From positions 83,080,001 through 83,144,000 of the forward strand of contig OZ287749.1 of the NCBI GenBank assembly GCA_965649765.1: 64,000 nt of DNA, in the 5' to 3' direction. Shown in pieces: positions 13,157 to 26,386 of the stretch; within the stretch, counting starts at the first letter, position 1, and every line of letters starts with the position of its first letter. The notes beneath the pieces are model-generated. The model ran no database searches and was not told where the DNA came from. It was given only the letters and a program-made list of their open reading frames with translations. The translations under genes and the position numbers were made by a program. Source of the DNA: Bispira polyomma. Lineage: Eukaryota.

Positions 13157-13239
13157 TTTTCTGGTCTCCCGTAGCTTTGCTGCCTGCATAGGGTTATTGA
13201 AGCGGAACACGTTGGATCTACCCAGAAATATGACATCAC
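13157..13239 (-). CDS. STARD9: STARD9/KIF16-like exon, FHA end: (G)DVIFLGRSNVFRFNNPMQAAKLRETRK
   Basis: Kinesin-3 LGxxxxFRFNxP motif; GT-AG, phase 1-0. Confidence 0.95.
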
Positions 13240-13903
13240 CTGAAACCACGCACATAAAACTGACATATTTGACAGTTGATCATATGAATTTTAGTTAAAA
13301 TGGTTGTGTTTCAATCATTCGTACAAACAAACAAGATTGGTGCACAGCATAATTTGTATCACTTTTTCATTGAAAGTGGTCAAAAATTCTAGAATATGTG
13401 TCAATAATTAACATTTTGTTACAGTAGAATCTGCATTATCTGAGAGCAACACTTTGTTTAAATGAGTGCTGGTTAATCACCCAAATGAGCCATTTTTGTA
13501 CAAAACAATACTAGTATATACTTATTACAATGCAAACAACGAACAGCAGAATTAAGTTTACAACCTCTTATATAAGTGAATAACAACATTTTATATAACT
13601 AAGGTTCTAATACCTATTATCCCAATATTCGATGATTTTATGGACACATTTCGGTATTGTTCAAAGTCACAATGTGCTTAGTCATACCAGCAGTATTCTA
13701 CAGGTGTACATAATCAGTGTTTTACCTGATTAACATACTCCTGAATATCAATGTAAATACAAGTCAGAGAACTGTGAACAAAAGAAAGAGCAGTCTCTGA
13801 ACGTGGGTCCACCAAGCTAGTAGAATAAAATCAATCTTCTATTATCCAAACAAACTCTTGCTTCACCCTAACCTGTTTGGATAGCAGAGGCTCTACTGTA
13901 TAT

Positions 13904-14277
13904 TAGTGTGTAAATTGTTTATCGATATCAGCAATATTTATTGTTTGGGCTTTTGCATTCCGATATCGATGTGTAATATCAACCCATCGATATCATAAAT
14001 GACACATACTTCACCTTGGAATAACATTTTTACAACAATTATAATGATATTTTATGGTTAAGACCTTTTAAATTATGAATGATAATCATTTAAAGTCCAT
14101 TTTTACTTGTAAACATATTTAGCAGTTCTCACTTCACGTTTCATTCGGCAGGTTTTTCGTTTTGGAAATACGTTCCAGTTTCTTCGCAACTTTCTTTCTA
14201 TGTCTCGATATCAGCCAATTTTGAAGATATGTTACTTTCAATAGCGATCTCCACCAGCCCAAACGATTTACCCACTA
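13904..14277. mobile_element. hAT-type MITE
   Basis: TIRs tagtgtgtaaattgttt / aaacgatttacccacta (2 mismatches); 8-bp TSD ctgtatat at 13896-13903 and 14278-14285. Confidence 0.85.
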
Positions 14278-14303
14278 CTGTATATACAAAATACACCACT
14301 CAC

Positions 14304-14441
14304 CCTGACTGAGTTTGACTGGATGATTCACTACTCCCTCATTGATCTTCACATAGGCTCCCTGATTAGGGTGGAGTATAACATCTCCATTAATATGACG
14401 GATCACACAGTGCTCATGTAAGATGTCCTGGCCATTCAGAT
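14304..14441 (-). CDS. STARD9: STARD9/KIF16-like exon, FHA domain: (Y)LNGQDILHEHCVIRHINGDVILHPNQGAYVKINEGVVNHPVKLSQ(G)
   Basis: Kinesin-3 FHA signature LxGxxIxxEHC; GT-AG, phase 1-1. Confidence 0.95.
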
Positions 14442-14899
14442 CTGTTAATCATAAATCATTATACAGCTAAACACTTTTAAGTAGAACTCTGATAAGGAGA
14501 ATTAGCTGTTAAGCAGAAATTATTTCAAGGTTCCACTGCTATAGTTCTAATTAAAAATTACCCTGTTAAGTAGAAGTTCTGCTAAGTGGAACAAATCTGT
14601 ATGGTCCCTTTAGATGCGACTTATCAGAATTTGACTGTAAATGCAAATGTGAATCTAGATCTAAATCTAGATAGAGGGTAGAGGATTTTGGCTGGTGACC
14701 ACTGCTAATGCAGCTAGCTTCATTGGTGGAATAACATCCTTGGGCAAGATATAAACACGCTATTGCCTACTGATGACCGCCTAGGCTATGTTCTAGGACA
14801 CATGATTTGGGTGAGCGATTCTGTTGTTAGGCTTTAGAAACATGCATCAATAAAGCGCCTTAAAACTATAATATACAATACAATGTACATATAACTTAC

Positions 14900-15092
14900 A
14901 GATATCTAGCTCTTTCCCGGCCTCCTCATTCCCTACTTGCGTCTTGCCCTCCTTCAAGTGGTACATCACCACCCCAGTGCTCAGAATGTCGTCATCTATC
15001 CCAATCAGGTGGGGCAAGTGAGAATCTACTATCACACCCATAGAACTGGAGCGACGACCCAAGTGGACAGGGTTGATGCTCATGTCAGATTC
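14900..15092 (-). CDS. STARD9: STARD9/KIF16-like exon: ESDMSINP...GVIVDSHLPHLIGIDDDILSTGVVMYHLKEGKTQVGNEEAGKELDI
   Basis: KIF16-type LPHLIGIDDDxLSTG motif; GT-AG, phase 0-1. Confidence 0.95.
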
Positions 15093-16144
15093 CTAGATAA
15101 CAGATAGAGAATAGATAACCTCTATTATCTAAACTTCCGTTAACTAAAGATTTCGAAAAAATAAATTAACTTATTTTTCACACTGCAAAATTGATGTTTT
15201 CCCTGTTTATTGCTTTGTACCAAAAATGCCACTTCTATTTGATGAACCTTCTATTATCAACTCCAATTCTTGCGCTGGCCAAATGTTTATAAAATAGAGG
15301 TGTTACTCTGCATACACAATGACCAATATACACAATACACAATTTAAAGATCACTGAGATCAGATGAGAATGCGACTAATATCACATGAAAATAGACCTG
15401 GGCAATTTTGTAAACGTTTCCCCAAAGTTATGATAAGATATTGTAAAATTCTCTCTGGAATCTTTAAATCTGGTAAGCTGTCTATTCATCCTTTTTGTTA
15501 GGTAATTTGCATTAACAATGCTTCAGACATGTCATTTTTATTGGTTTCTCACCATTTTTAGAAGTGGAAGTTGTTTATAAACAACAAAACAGTGGTACTG
15601 AGGTAAGATGCAGTGGTGTCCAAATTTGGAATTCAGAGACTATAAATGTAATTGATTATCACAAAATCAGAGCGTTTAAACAGTTGAAATTAAGTGGTTA
15701 AAATACATGCAAAATAAAAAAAACATTTCTACTGTATATATTAATGATTATGTATACTTTGTACATTCAACTCAATATTCTAAATACTTATCCATTAACA
15801 AAGACTACGAAAAATTACATTAATCTGGGCAAATTGTAGTTCACACCGACAAATTATATTTCAACTGAGCAAATTATAATTCACTTGGGCAAATCATATT
15901 TAGCCTAGGAATATGGGAATTACTGTTTATAAACAAACATAATCATTTCGTACCATACCAATAATATTCTTTCATATATTTCTTTTAGATAAAAACTCAA
16001 AATAACTGAAAAGTATAAAAAAAATGGGGATTAAACATATTAGAGTTTATTAAAGGCCTGATATTGCAACAGAAAAATAATTGTTTTGCAGCACTAATAT
16101 GTAAAGTATTTTGATATTTTGCAACTATATATCCATATTTTGAA

Positions 16145-16333
16145 TTCGAATTTATTTGGGTTTTACATCGCTTTCAGCAGCATTAGTCATATTGCGACGG
16201 CCAGGTTTAGTGATTGGAGAAACCACCCAGCAACGGCAAGTACCTGACAAACTTACTTACATGAAGAAGGACTCTGTGGGATTCAATCCCTAGAGGTGAG
16301 AGGTCAGTGTTTTTGAGAATTATAACCACAAGG
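16145..16333 (-). mobile_element. tRNA-SINE, older and head-truncated
   Basis: Similar to 523-746; TSD catattttgaa at 16134-16144 and 16334-16344. Confidence 0.75.
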
Positions 16334-17996
16334 CATATTTTGAAACAATGGTCTTACAATATTGATTATTATTGGTTAAAATTCATGTTATACAATTTTT
16401 GTATAAAGGAATTCAAATTGATCGATACTCTATCAGTTTAGGTTTAGAATACACTCACTATTCAAGTAAAGAGTTTTTAGCATCGACTGCACAAAGAAGA
16501 ATCGAGTTCGACCATAGTTTGACCACTTATGAATGTACTACTTACTGTAACCTTCGGTGCACCTTCTAATACTTCATAAGTTAACTTGATCATTTTTGCT
16601 TGCTGCCTTTTTAAAGACTTGACGGAATATATTTTCCATTTATTCTCCTCCCAAAACACTGATTTGTCACCACACTTGTATACCAGTGTAATTCACAACA
16701 CAGTACTCTCTGTTTTACACATTTCCCATTATACTGTTAATAATATATCAGTAATTTATACACACAAGACTTTTTAGTATCAAGTATTTTTAATATCTAT
16801 ATTTAGTGACTGAGTTAATGCCCTTTAAAGAGAAAGTGTTTCTGCGTCTCTCTGTTACAATGTTTATTAGATCAGCATGCTTACTGTTTACACTGACACG
16901 GTGAGTTTCCCATATATGTGTACGCTTCCTTTTTATTAGAACTGTTATTTAATTTCAAAGAAAAAATATCTCGTATATAAAATGATAAAATTAATCATAC
17001 ATATAAGTATCCACTTGAATGTAATTTATTATATCATTTCAGTGAAAGTGTTCAACTGGTTTTTTTCTTTGTTTACTAAATTACGTTTTTTATAAAGCAG
17101 AAGAGGTTTGCATATACATACTAGCGAGGCTTAATGGTGTAAACATTAAAACATATATAACAAACTGTGTTTATCATTTCTTATCTTCACAATGACTAAT
17201 TTGACATTAAAGAGTAATTTTTTATAACGGTGATATTATTAATGACACACTTTCAACTACTCAACAAATAAAAAAAAGTTATCTAAATTTGATCTATGAA
17301 TAAACAATTACAAATGATATGTCTGAAGTGCAGTTAGTGTATACTGTGGGATATAATTGTGACAACTAGTGCATGCCAAGTAGTTTGAACCATCCTGGTT
17401 TGGTGTTTTAAGCCATTTATTAAACAATAAAGGCTAAAAGAGGCACAAAGGTAGCCAGCTAATAGCAAAGCACATGCAAATTATTCTTAATTTGACAGAT
17501 ACAAAAATTTCCTTCATTGCCACCTTGTGACAATTATAACCCATTTGCAGCAAATAGCCACATTTATTCACAATTTTTTTTGTTATTTCCGGTAATATAC
17601 AAAAGGCAGACTTCTATTGGGTAAACATTAAAAAATACTTAAGATTCCTATTTTAAAAACTGTTGAAAAACATGTAAGCTTTTTAAAATCTCCAAAAAAT
17701 GTTCTAACCAAAAAGATAGAGGTTTGAGGATGAGCATTTATCAATATCCCCTAGGTTCATTAACCTGCCACCAGCGATATGACAAAATGACAAAGAGAAC
17801 TGCCAGTTTAAGTGGTAATCTGGGGCTGGTGATTCTCTAGGGCCATATTCACAAACATTTTCTTTGTCTCAGCCAATCAGATTCTTTGAAAAATATTTCT
17901 AGCCAATCAAATTGCTTGAGACAAATGTTTGAAAAGCTTTGTCACTATGATTATGCACAAAATAATAAAACAATTAACCTGAAATTTAGTGAAAGG

Positions 17997-18837
17997 GTCT
18001 GCAATGGACAATTAACTTTAGGAGGGAAACCAAACCAAAGGGCGGACCACTGACTTCATTTTTGTCATATATTATGGCACTGTAGCAGCTCTGATAATGT
18101 GAAACATCAGCAGAACCAGCTCAGCACGTGTGTACAGAATTGGGGGAAAGACAAATGGAACGATATGTCACTGATTGCCGGACTGACCCAGCCAACATAC
18201 TTTGTAGCTTTAGTTTTTTTTTCTCAAGTCCTATGTTCAAAATCCTACTTATGTTGATATATACACGGCTTTCATTGGTAAAACGGCTTTATATTATTTT
18301 TGCTTCCCAATTCGAAACACTAAGAATTATATGATAACAGCTAAGTTGTGCATGATTCCAAGATGATGTTGTTCAAAATGAGGCAATACCACTATCACTG
18401 ATACATCCCACGTGACTGGCATGCGGCAACAAAAGTAGTTTTAGGACACAAGTAAAGTTTGTTTGGTGGGTAACCACTGAACAACCTGTATTAAGTTATT
18501 CCTAGACCGAATAATCTGTCCCTATTTAGCGAGGTTCCTTGCTGTTATTTTGACGATGGACTCACGAAAAGGGACAGAACGGCTTGCATAAGGAAAACGT
18601 TGTAAATTTAGACTGACGTAAAATGGCCGACAGTGTTAAGTCAATGTTTGGGATTTTGTTTTTATTTTATATTAATTGATATGTATCATGTCAGCATGAA
18701 AAAAAAACAGAAAATTGGCTACCTTATCATACATAAGGAATGAGGGGATGTATTTATTTTTACCAGCTTCTTTCTCTATATATGCCGATTTTGATTTACA
18801 TTTTGCTCATGGAGGCCGCTCTGTCCATCGCAGACTA
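17997..18837. mobile_element. Possible non-autonomous TIR element
   Basis: gtctgcaatggaca (17997-18010) is a 13/14 inverted match to tgtccatcgcagac (18822-18835); CpG-richer interior. Confidence 0.4.
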
Positions 18838-20400
18838 CGGTCAGAATATCAAAGCATCAGCAAAGACAAAATACTTGGTCTAAGTTATTCCCTGCTTTCT
18901 TGATAAATCACTTCTTGTAACCTAGTTCTGAAGCTCAGAACAGTCTGGTCATTGATTTCAGCCAATTACTCCCTCCCTGAACCATCAGAAAGGGTGAAAA
19001 CTGGCTATATTTGGTAATTACGCTTCTTACTTGCATAGCTTTTAACACTGAATATTTCTGCACTGCATTATTCAAAAGACAGTAACCAATACCATCAGAA
19101 GGTATCAATTCAAATTGACTTGGGGTCGTATTCTCCAAACATCTCCACCTCAACTCAGGCTCAAGCTCCAACTTAAGGTACACATTATAACACATATCTT
19201 AATAAATTTAGGTCAAATCTGGCCACATATCTGAATTCAGTGCTAAAAGCTCTATTCAAATGAAGGGTTACAAGTATAGGTTCTCTCCATGTATAGTAAA
19301 TAACTGAAGTACCTATCAGGATCTTGGTAATATTGTATGTTCTACAAATGTCTACTCTGTCCAAGACGTGTTATTCTAATAAAGTACAGTGCAAGCTAAT
19401 ATACATGCAGCAATCAGATAGATTAACATTGCTAAATCCAGAGCCAAGACGTTTTTAATGTTCACATTCTTTAACTGTTTTACAAATAAAAATACAAAGA
19501 TTGCTTATTTGTAATAATTATGCTTTTTGGTGAAAGATAATATTATTTTAAAGTCAAAATGCAAGGGAAGTGCAGGGGAATTTATAATAGATTAGAAAGT
19601 AGTACAAACCATTGGTATAATTATGTGTTACACGAATACTGAATGGAAAGAGATGGGTAAATATATTTCCATATGGCACAAATATATGATGCTCATGAAC
19701 GTTTATCATGGTTTATGCAGAATATAAATAGTATGTATCTCTGTGTTATAGCAAGTGCAGGGAAGTGACATGATTTAGTGACAATCCAGCCACCTATTAA
19801 GGTCCGCAAAACCAGCGCAAAAGAACATGTTGCATAGACATTCCTAAATTGACACAAATCAGTGGAAAGTATCAGCAGATGTTCTGTTTCACTACTGGCT
19901 TAAGTATGTGTAGTAATAATAAAATACCATTGTATCATGCATGAATAGGGGGGTATATTCTTGAAATGAAGCAAATTTTAGGTTTAGATAGAAATGTCAA
20001 ATAAGTGGCAAAAGCTAGAGAAAGATAGATGCACAGATTGAAAAAAAATTATTATCTCTAACTATATACTGAAATATTCAATTATACTTAGAAGACAAAA
20101 AAGTGTGGTAACACAGGCCTCTCGCAGAAGTAGTAGTTAAATTCTATATGATTGAAGACAACTATTTTTTAATTTTTATGACATTTGTCAGGATTTATAT
20201 TAAATGTTAGGAGATGTTTGATGTAGTTTTATTATTCAAGGCAATTTCAAGACTTTTGTGCACAATTTAATATATCAGTTCCATTTAATAATCACATCAT
20301 AAAAAGCAAAAACTAATGGAAAATAATATTGCAAGCATTAAAACAGAAGCAAGGTTAAATGAGCCAATAGAGAGGATGCAGTCACATTGCTATTGATTAC

Positions 20401-20487
20401 CCTGGTAGGCTGAGTATCTGAGGCGAGGCCTGGCAACGAGTGAGATCTCCTGGATACTCGTTTTAGGTGCATCTTGAAATACGGATC
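20401..20487 (-). CDS. Candidate symmetric cassette exon DPYFKMHLKRVSRRSHSLPGLASDTQPTR
   Basis: actttcag acceptor, AGG|GTAATC donor, 87 nt, phase 0-0 matching both flanking exons, open frame, GC-rich island. Confidence 0.55.
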
Positions 20488-21129
20488 CTGAAAGTTCCAG
20501 GTTTACACTTAACACTTACTGGGTTAATTGTTTTCATATCATTGGGTGACGTATACATATTAATGGTGTAAAATTAAACATAATGTACCTTGGTGCAGGT
20601 TTTATACAAACAGTATTTCATGGTATTTTTGTAATATCAACACCTGTCCTTTTCAAAATGTCGTATTTTAAAATCATTTTTTGCCTGTAATTCTACATAT
20701 AAAGAATTTGTGGTCCATATTTACTGTATTGTTGGGCAGACTTTTTTGTTTTAAACAAAACAATGTCCCAGTTTCTTGGTATGTCAGCTAATATTGAACT
20801 AATTTTGCGTTTGATATCCATCGCATAACACATAAAAAATAGGACAATGGGAAATCGTTGCCGAAACCCGACTTCACCTTGGGTTAATGAAAAAAGCCAA
20901 AAATGTAAACTATCAAATATAACTACAGACAAACCTTTATATAATATACAAAGTTCTGTTATCCAAATATTGAATTTTCTAAATGGACGGTCATATTTTC
21001 TCTGCTACACTACCACATAATGGTTATGATTGTATTATTTAACATAAAGAAAATTAAACCGAACAAATTTAAATGGATATTTTTTAACTTATTTACAGAT
21101 AGATTATGCCATAACTAAGTTTTTGTTAA

Positions 21130-21820
21130 ATGGTGGTTCCACTATGTTAATTTGATCCCCGACCTTCCCGATTTTGAGGTCCGGGGTGTGTCTGTATAGG
21201 TCTGGGGCCAAAAACAGGGAGGTCAGGAAGGTCTGCAAGGATATTTAAATGTTGAATATTTTCTAAAAGTACGCCGGACTAGCTCCCGGACCTCCAAAAA
21301 CGGGAAGGTCAGCGTCGCCGAATAAGTTTGATCTTACTGTCAATACGTTCTGTCTGATAGGTCTTATCTCACTCCAGGCCTGTCCTAATACTGGCCCAAT
21401 GAAACGTATAGGTCGGAGGAAGAAAACAGGGCGAACGGGAAGAATATATGTATGAAAAAACATAAGCCCATTTTGTCAGTTATTTGACCGTAATAGTCCT
21501 GACTTTGATTTTTAGACGTTTGATCCTTATGATCGGGGATATGAATCCGTAAGATCGTATTGCCAATACGTTCCATCCTAGGGCGATATGTCAGATCCTA
21601 TCACCAGTAAGCTCGATCCTAACCTGGGTCGGGGAGGATGAGACAGTTTAGCACGGACTTCAAGTTCGATCGTGGTTGGTGTCCCGTGAAAACGGGACGC
21701 AAGCAGTTCGATCTGCAAGGTTGCCCCATACTTTCATTTTCCCGCATTTTTCGCCCCGACCACCACAATCTCAAAATCGGGCCTATTTTGCCGATCAAAC
21801 TTGAATATGGAACCACCACT
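21130..21820. mobile_element. TTAA-targeting MITE (Kolobok- or piggyBac-like)
   Basis: Imperfect TIRs tggtggttcca..tttgatc / gatcaaa..tggaaccacca; TTAA at 21126-21129 and 21821-21824. Confidence 0.75.
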
Positions 21821-22090
21821 TTAAGACTATATGTATTTAAACTAAAAAATTACGTTACAAAATAATAACAAATTTCCACCCATGAATAAATATTACAGGA
21901 AGCAAAATGTATACACATAATAAAAAAAATTATATAACATTTTCAGATATTTGAAAAGGATAATTGTGGGCTATTATAATAATGACAGACAAAGAATTAT
22001 ATACAAATAGAAAGAATAATGAACCAAATTAGATTTTAACTGAGAGACTACCACTAAATGTATACAGTTGAAGTGATGATCCCTTACAAC

Positions 22091-22402
22091 TAAAGGTGCG
22101 ATGATTACTTGACAGATCGAGGCATCAGTTGACTGTGACAAATCTAGTTATGTATCGACTCCGGGCTTGTATCTAACTTGATCATGCATACTTTACTCCC
22201 AATTAATCAAATTTGAGCACATTGTTGCCACGAAAAAAAAAAAAAAAATAACTTGATAGATTAAATTGTAACTTCATGTTCATCTTATGCCTAAAGTTTA
22301 TTTAGTTGAAATCAGTTTTTCGATGCATGGACTGACAAGTCTGTGTAGGCGATAGTTAATGCAAATGAGATACTCCGACTGGCGGCTTTACTTTCATCCC
22401 TA
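22091..22402. mobile_element. Diverged relative of the hAT MITE at 31215
   Basis: taaaggtgcgatgatta.. and ttttcgatgca..gtctgtgtaggcgata align with 31215-31595. Confidence 0.5.
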
Positions 22403-23154
22403 GTTAGATGTGGTCACTGCATACTGTATCTGGACTATGCATGCTTGCTAGTAAATTAATGCATTTATAAAACTTCATAAAACTGGCGAAGTGTAGCAAT
22501 GTTTAATGTTGTATTTTTCATACTGGAAATGATCACTTATCATGTATGAGGTAGCTCTGGTATATATTTTATATTGGCCAATATGATGAACACATGTTTT
22601 ACAATGTTCCATCCAATAAGGTTGTACATGTCCAAATAAGGACAACAATGGGTTGAAGTTACGACATGCAAATAAGATAAGCATTGAATAAAAAGACATA
22701 ACAGTTATAACAGGTTCCACTTTATATGAAAATGGGATATACAAACATTGGTTTGTTCACCTCCACTATAATTTCTGTTTCTTCAACTGTTCATAATTTT
22801 ATGGAATGTTCATATTTTGATAAAACTCTCTGCAAAGCTTTTGGTCAAATATTTGTATGATGTTCATGTTTTTATGGACATGCTACAAACCCAATTTTCC
22901 AAATTTTCTCTATTCTCATTTCTGATAGATTACTTTAAAGTATCCTAACCTACACATTTTTGAGTTGTGTCAATAAAAGTAGAGTATGTTTACTAGGTGT
23001 ACAAGTAAGGTTCCGCATTTTTAACTGACATTCCACAAAACATGAACTAGCCATAATAAATTGAGGAAAGTTTAGAAACATATAATATTGATACAAGATC
23101 CATACAATTCTATTTATCACACACTACAATGTACAGTGAGGAGGGTGGACTTAC

Positions 23155-23217
23155 TTTCATGATTTCCTGAGTCTCTTGCCATCTGTCCACAAGCCACAGA
23201 TTGGTCAATTCTTTGGC
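23155..23217 (-). CDS. STARD9: STARD9/KIF16-like exon, CC1: AKELTNLWLVDRWQETQEIMK
   Basis: Matches KIF16B ELTKEWTNKWNETQNILK; GT-AG, phase 0-0. Confidence 0.9.
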
Positions 23218-23250
23218 CTACAAACAGATATACAGTAGCTGTAGAATTGA

Positions 23251-24648
23251 AATGTTTACTAGACATACTTCTAACCTTAATACCTCTAACTTAAATGTTT
23301 ACTGGACATACTTCTAACCTTAATACCTCTAACTTAAATGTTTACTAGATAAACTTCTAACATTAATACCTCTAATTTAACTGTTTACTAGACATACTTC
23401 TAACCTTAATACCTCTAACTTAAATGTTTACTAGACATACTTCTAACCTTAATACCTCTAAATTAAATGTTTACTAGATATACTTCTAACCTTAATACCT
23501 CTAACTTAAATGTTTACTAGACATACTTCTAGCCTTAATACCTCTAACTTAAATGTTTACTAGACATACTTCTAACCTTAATACCTCTAACTTAAATGTG
23601 TACTAGACATACTTCTAACCTTAATACCTCTAATTTAAATGTTTACTAGACATACTTCTAACCTTAATACCTCTAAATTAAATGTTTACTAGATATACTT
23701 CTAACCTTAATACCTCTAACTTTAATGTGTACTAGATATACTTCTAGCCTTAATACCTCTAACTTAAATGTTTACTAGACATACTTCTAACCTTAATACC
23801 TCTAACTTAAATGTTTACTAGACATACTTCTAACTTTAATACCTCTAACTTAAATGTTTACTAGATAAACTTCTAACCTTAATACCTCTAACTTAAATGC
23901 CTACTAGACATACTTCTAACCTTAATACCTCTAACTTTAATGTGTACTAGACATACTTCTAGCCTTAATACCTCTAACTTAAATGTTTACTAGACATACT
24001 TCCAACCTTAATACCTCTAACTTAAATGTGTACTAGACATACTTCTAGCCTTAATACCTCTAACTTAAATGTTTACTAGATATACTTCTAACCTTAATAC
24101 CTCTAACTTAAATGTTTACTGGACATACTTCTAACCTTAATACCTCTAACTTAAATGTTTACTAGACATACTTCTAACCTTAATACCTCTAACTTAAATG
24201 TTTACTAGATATACTTCTAACCTTAATACCTCTAACTTAAATGTGTACTAGACATACTTCTAACCTTAATACCTCTAACTTAAATGTTTACTAGACATAC
24301 TTCTAACTTTAATACCTCTAACTTAAATGTTTACTGGACATACTTCTAACCTTAACACCTCTAACTTAAATGTTTACTAGACATACTTCTAACCTTAACA
24401 CCTCTAACTTTAATGTGTACTGGACATACTTCTAACCTTAACACCTCTAACTTAAATGTTTACTAGACATACTTCTAACCTTAACACCTCTAACTTTAAT
24501 GTGTACTGGAGATACTTCTAACCTTTACACCTCTAACTTAAATGTTTACTAGACATACTTCTAACCTTAATACCTCTAAATTAAATGTTTACTAGACATA
24601 CTTCTAACCTTAACACCTCTAACTTTAATGTGTACTAGACATACTTCT
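23251..24648. repeat. 43-bp minisatellite, about 32 highly similar copies
   Basis: Unit aatgtttactagacatacttctaaccttaatacctctaactta; ends 33 bp from the exon boundary at 23217. Confidence 0.97.
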
Positions 24649-25021
24649 ATCATCAATGACTCTTATTTTATTACCACAAGGACACGTTTCCTAATAAGAA
24701 ACTTTCTATAAATCCCCTTATGAAGATATGACCATTATTCCCTAGAAGCTGAGACACCCAATTCTAACACGAGGAGCTCGTGTCTACGATTGGTAAAAAT
24801 ATAAAAAAATTTAGGTAATGATTTTAACTTATTATGTTAAAATCACAATATCCTATTCCAAAACCATGGATATTATTGCATAAACATGTACCTGGAATTT
24901 TACCACATTGGAAGCTTTACCTTTGGTGTTTTTACACCTCCAATCATTGATAAAATTCCTAGTACAATGAATATATATCATTGGACATATTCCTTAAATT
25001 ACCAATAGGACATATTCTTTA

Positions 25022-26386
25022 AACTAGAAAACGGTTTTTGATAACAACAACGAAGCGTCCCTAAAGTTGAAATAATAATGAAATTGTTTAGTGTACAAGG
25101 TTTGATATTGTTTAAAAGTTGACATATAAGCAGAATCAGCACTTTTGGTCAATGTAAGCTCGAAAAGGATCACCATTTCCGAGATAATAGACGTTTTCTA
25201 AAAAGACGCAGAAATTGAAGACGGTTGCCCAAATCAAAAATTACTATAAAAATTTACATAAAAGAAAAATCAGCCCCATGAGTCGAAAAGGAGCTTGAAA
25301 TCGCTCCATCTCGCACCGTTTCCGACATAACGGACGTTTTCGAAAAAGACGCAGAAATTCAAGATGGCCGCCAAAATTGAAATTTTTTTAAAAGTTTATG
25401 TATAAGCAAAATCAACCCTGTGGGTCGAAAATGAGCTCAAAATCGCTCTATCTAGCACCGTTTCAGAGATAATGGACATTTAAAAAAAAACCTTAATTTT
25501 TAAAATTTTTAAAATTAAAATCGTTTTATATCAGTAACGATCGCATATTTTTGGATGGGGTAAAAAATAAATAAAAATTCAGGCTATTCTTTAAAAGTTA
25601 CACCCTGCATGTACTGGTCTAAAATTAAAAATAAAAAAAATCCTCACACGCTCAAAAAAGCACCCATCAACACATTTTTTTCCCCATTTTGTATGATTGA
25701 TCGACCCTGTCAATCAGTCAATTATCACCAGATTGATTTAAAAATTTACGGACATCTATGCTTTGGTATTTGCAATGTGCATGCGAAATTTCATTGAACT
25801 ATGACAAATACTTCAAAAGAAAAATTGATAAAAGTGCAAGATAGAGCAAAATAGAGCAAACTACTCATTTGAAGTACTCAGTACTCATTGAGTACTGGAC
25901 TTAGAACTGTGAAATTTTTACATCATACATAAAATCAAAAAGTAGATGAATAACTTATACCAAGAAAAAGCCGAAATCCCAATACTTTCTGAGATAGCAA
26001 AAAAGTACCGATTTTTCGCATTTCAATAAAAATCAATCGGTCAATTATCATCCGATTAATCTCATCAGCGTCTCCCGTCCTGAAAATTGCCTTACCAAGG
26101 TACATACCAAATTTCATTAAGCTATGATGAATACTTTTTGAGAAAACCTAGTGACAAGCACTTTTACACCCCCAGGGTCACCTGACATTTAAGTAGGCCA
26201 ATGTTCAAAGCCAAGAATATGAAAAAAATTTCCCACTCCTGGTTAAGAGAACTGCCAAAAATAATTTTGATGCAGATAATATTGAAGGAGATATTCAAGG
26301 AAGACCAGGCGGCGGTGGCGGCACAGGCGGCGGCGAGGAAACCAGGGGTGAAACCAAATAAGCGCCCTTTTCAAGGGATGCTTAAT
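25022..26386 (-). mobile_element. Non-autonomous Helentron/DINE-type element, family A copy 1
   Basis: Near-identical to 39583 and 44351; minus-strand 3' end CTAGTT, subterminal IR aagcgtccct/agggaygctt, terminal hairpin, (GGC)n tract, internal ~143-bp repeats. Confidence 0.85.

Noticed and set aside
25609-25797. 62-aa ORF repeated three times (also 40436 and 45016)
   Set aside because: Incidental frame inside a non-autonomous repeat, with no protein motif.
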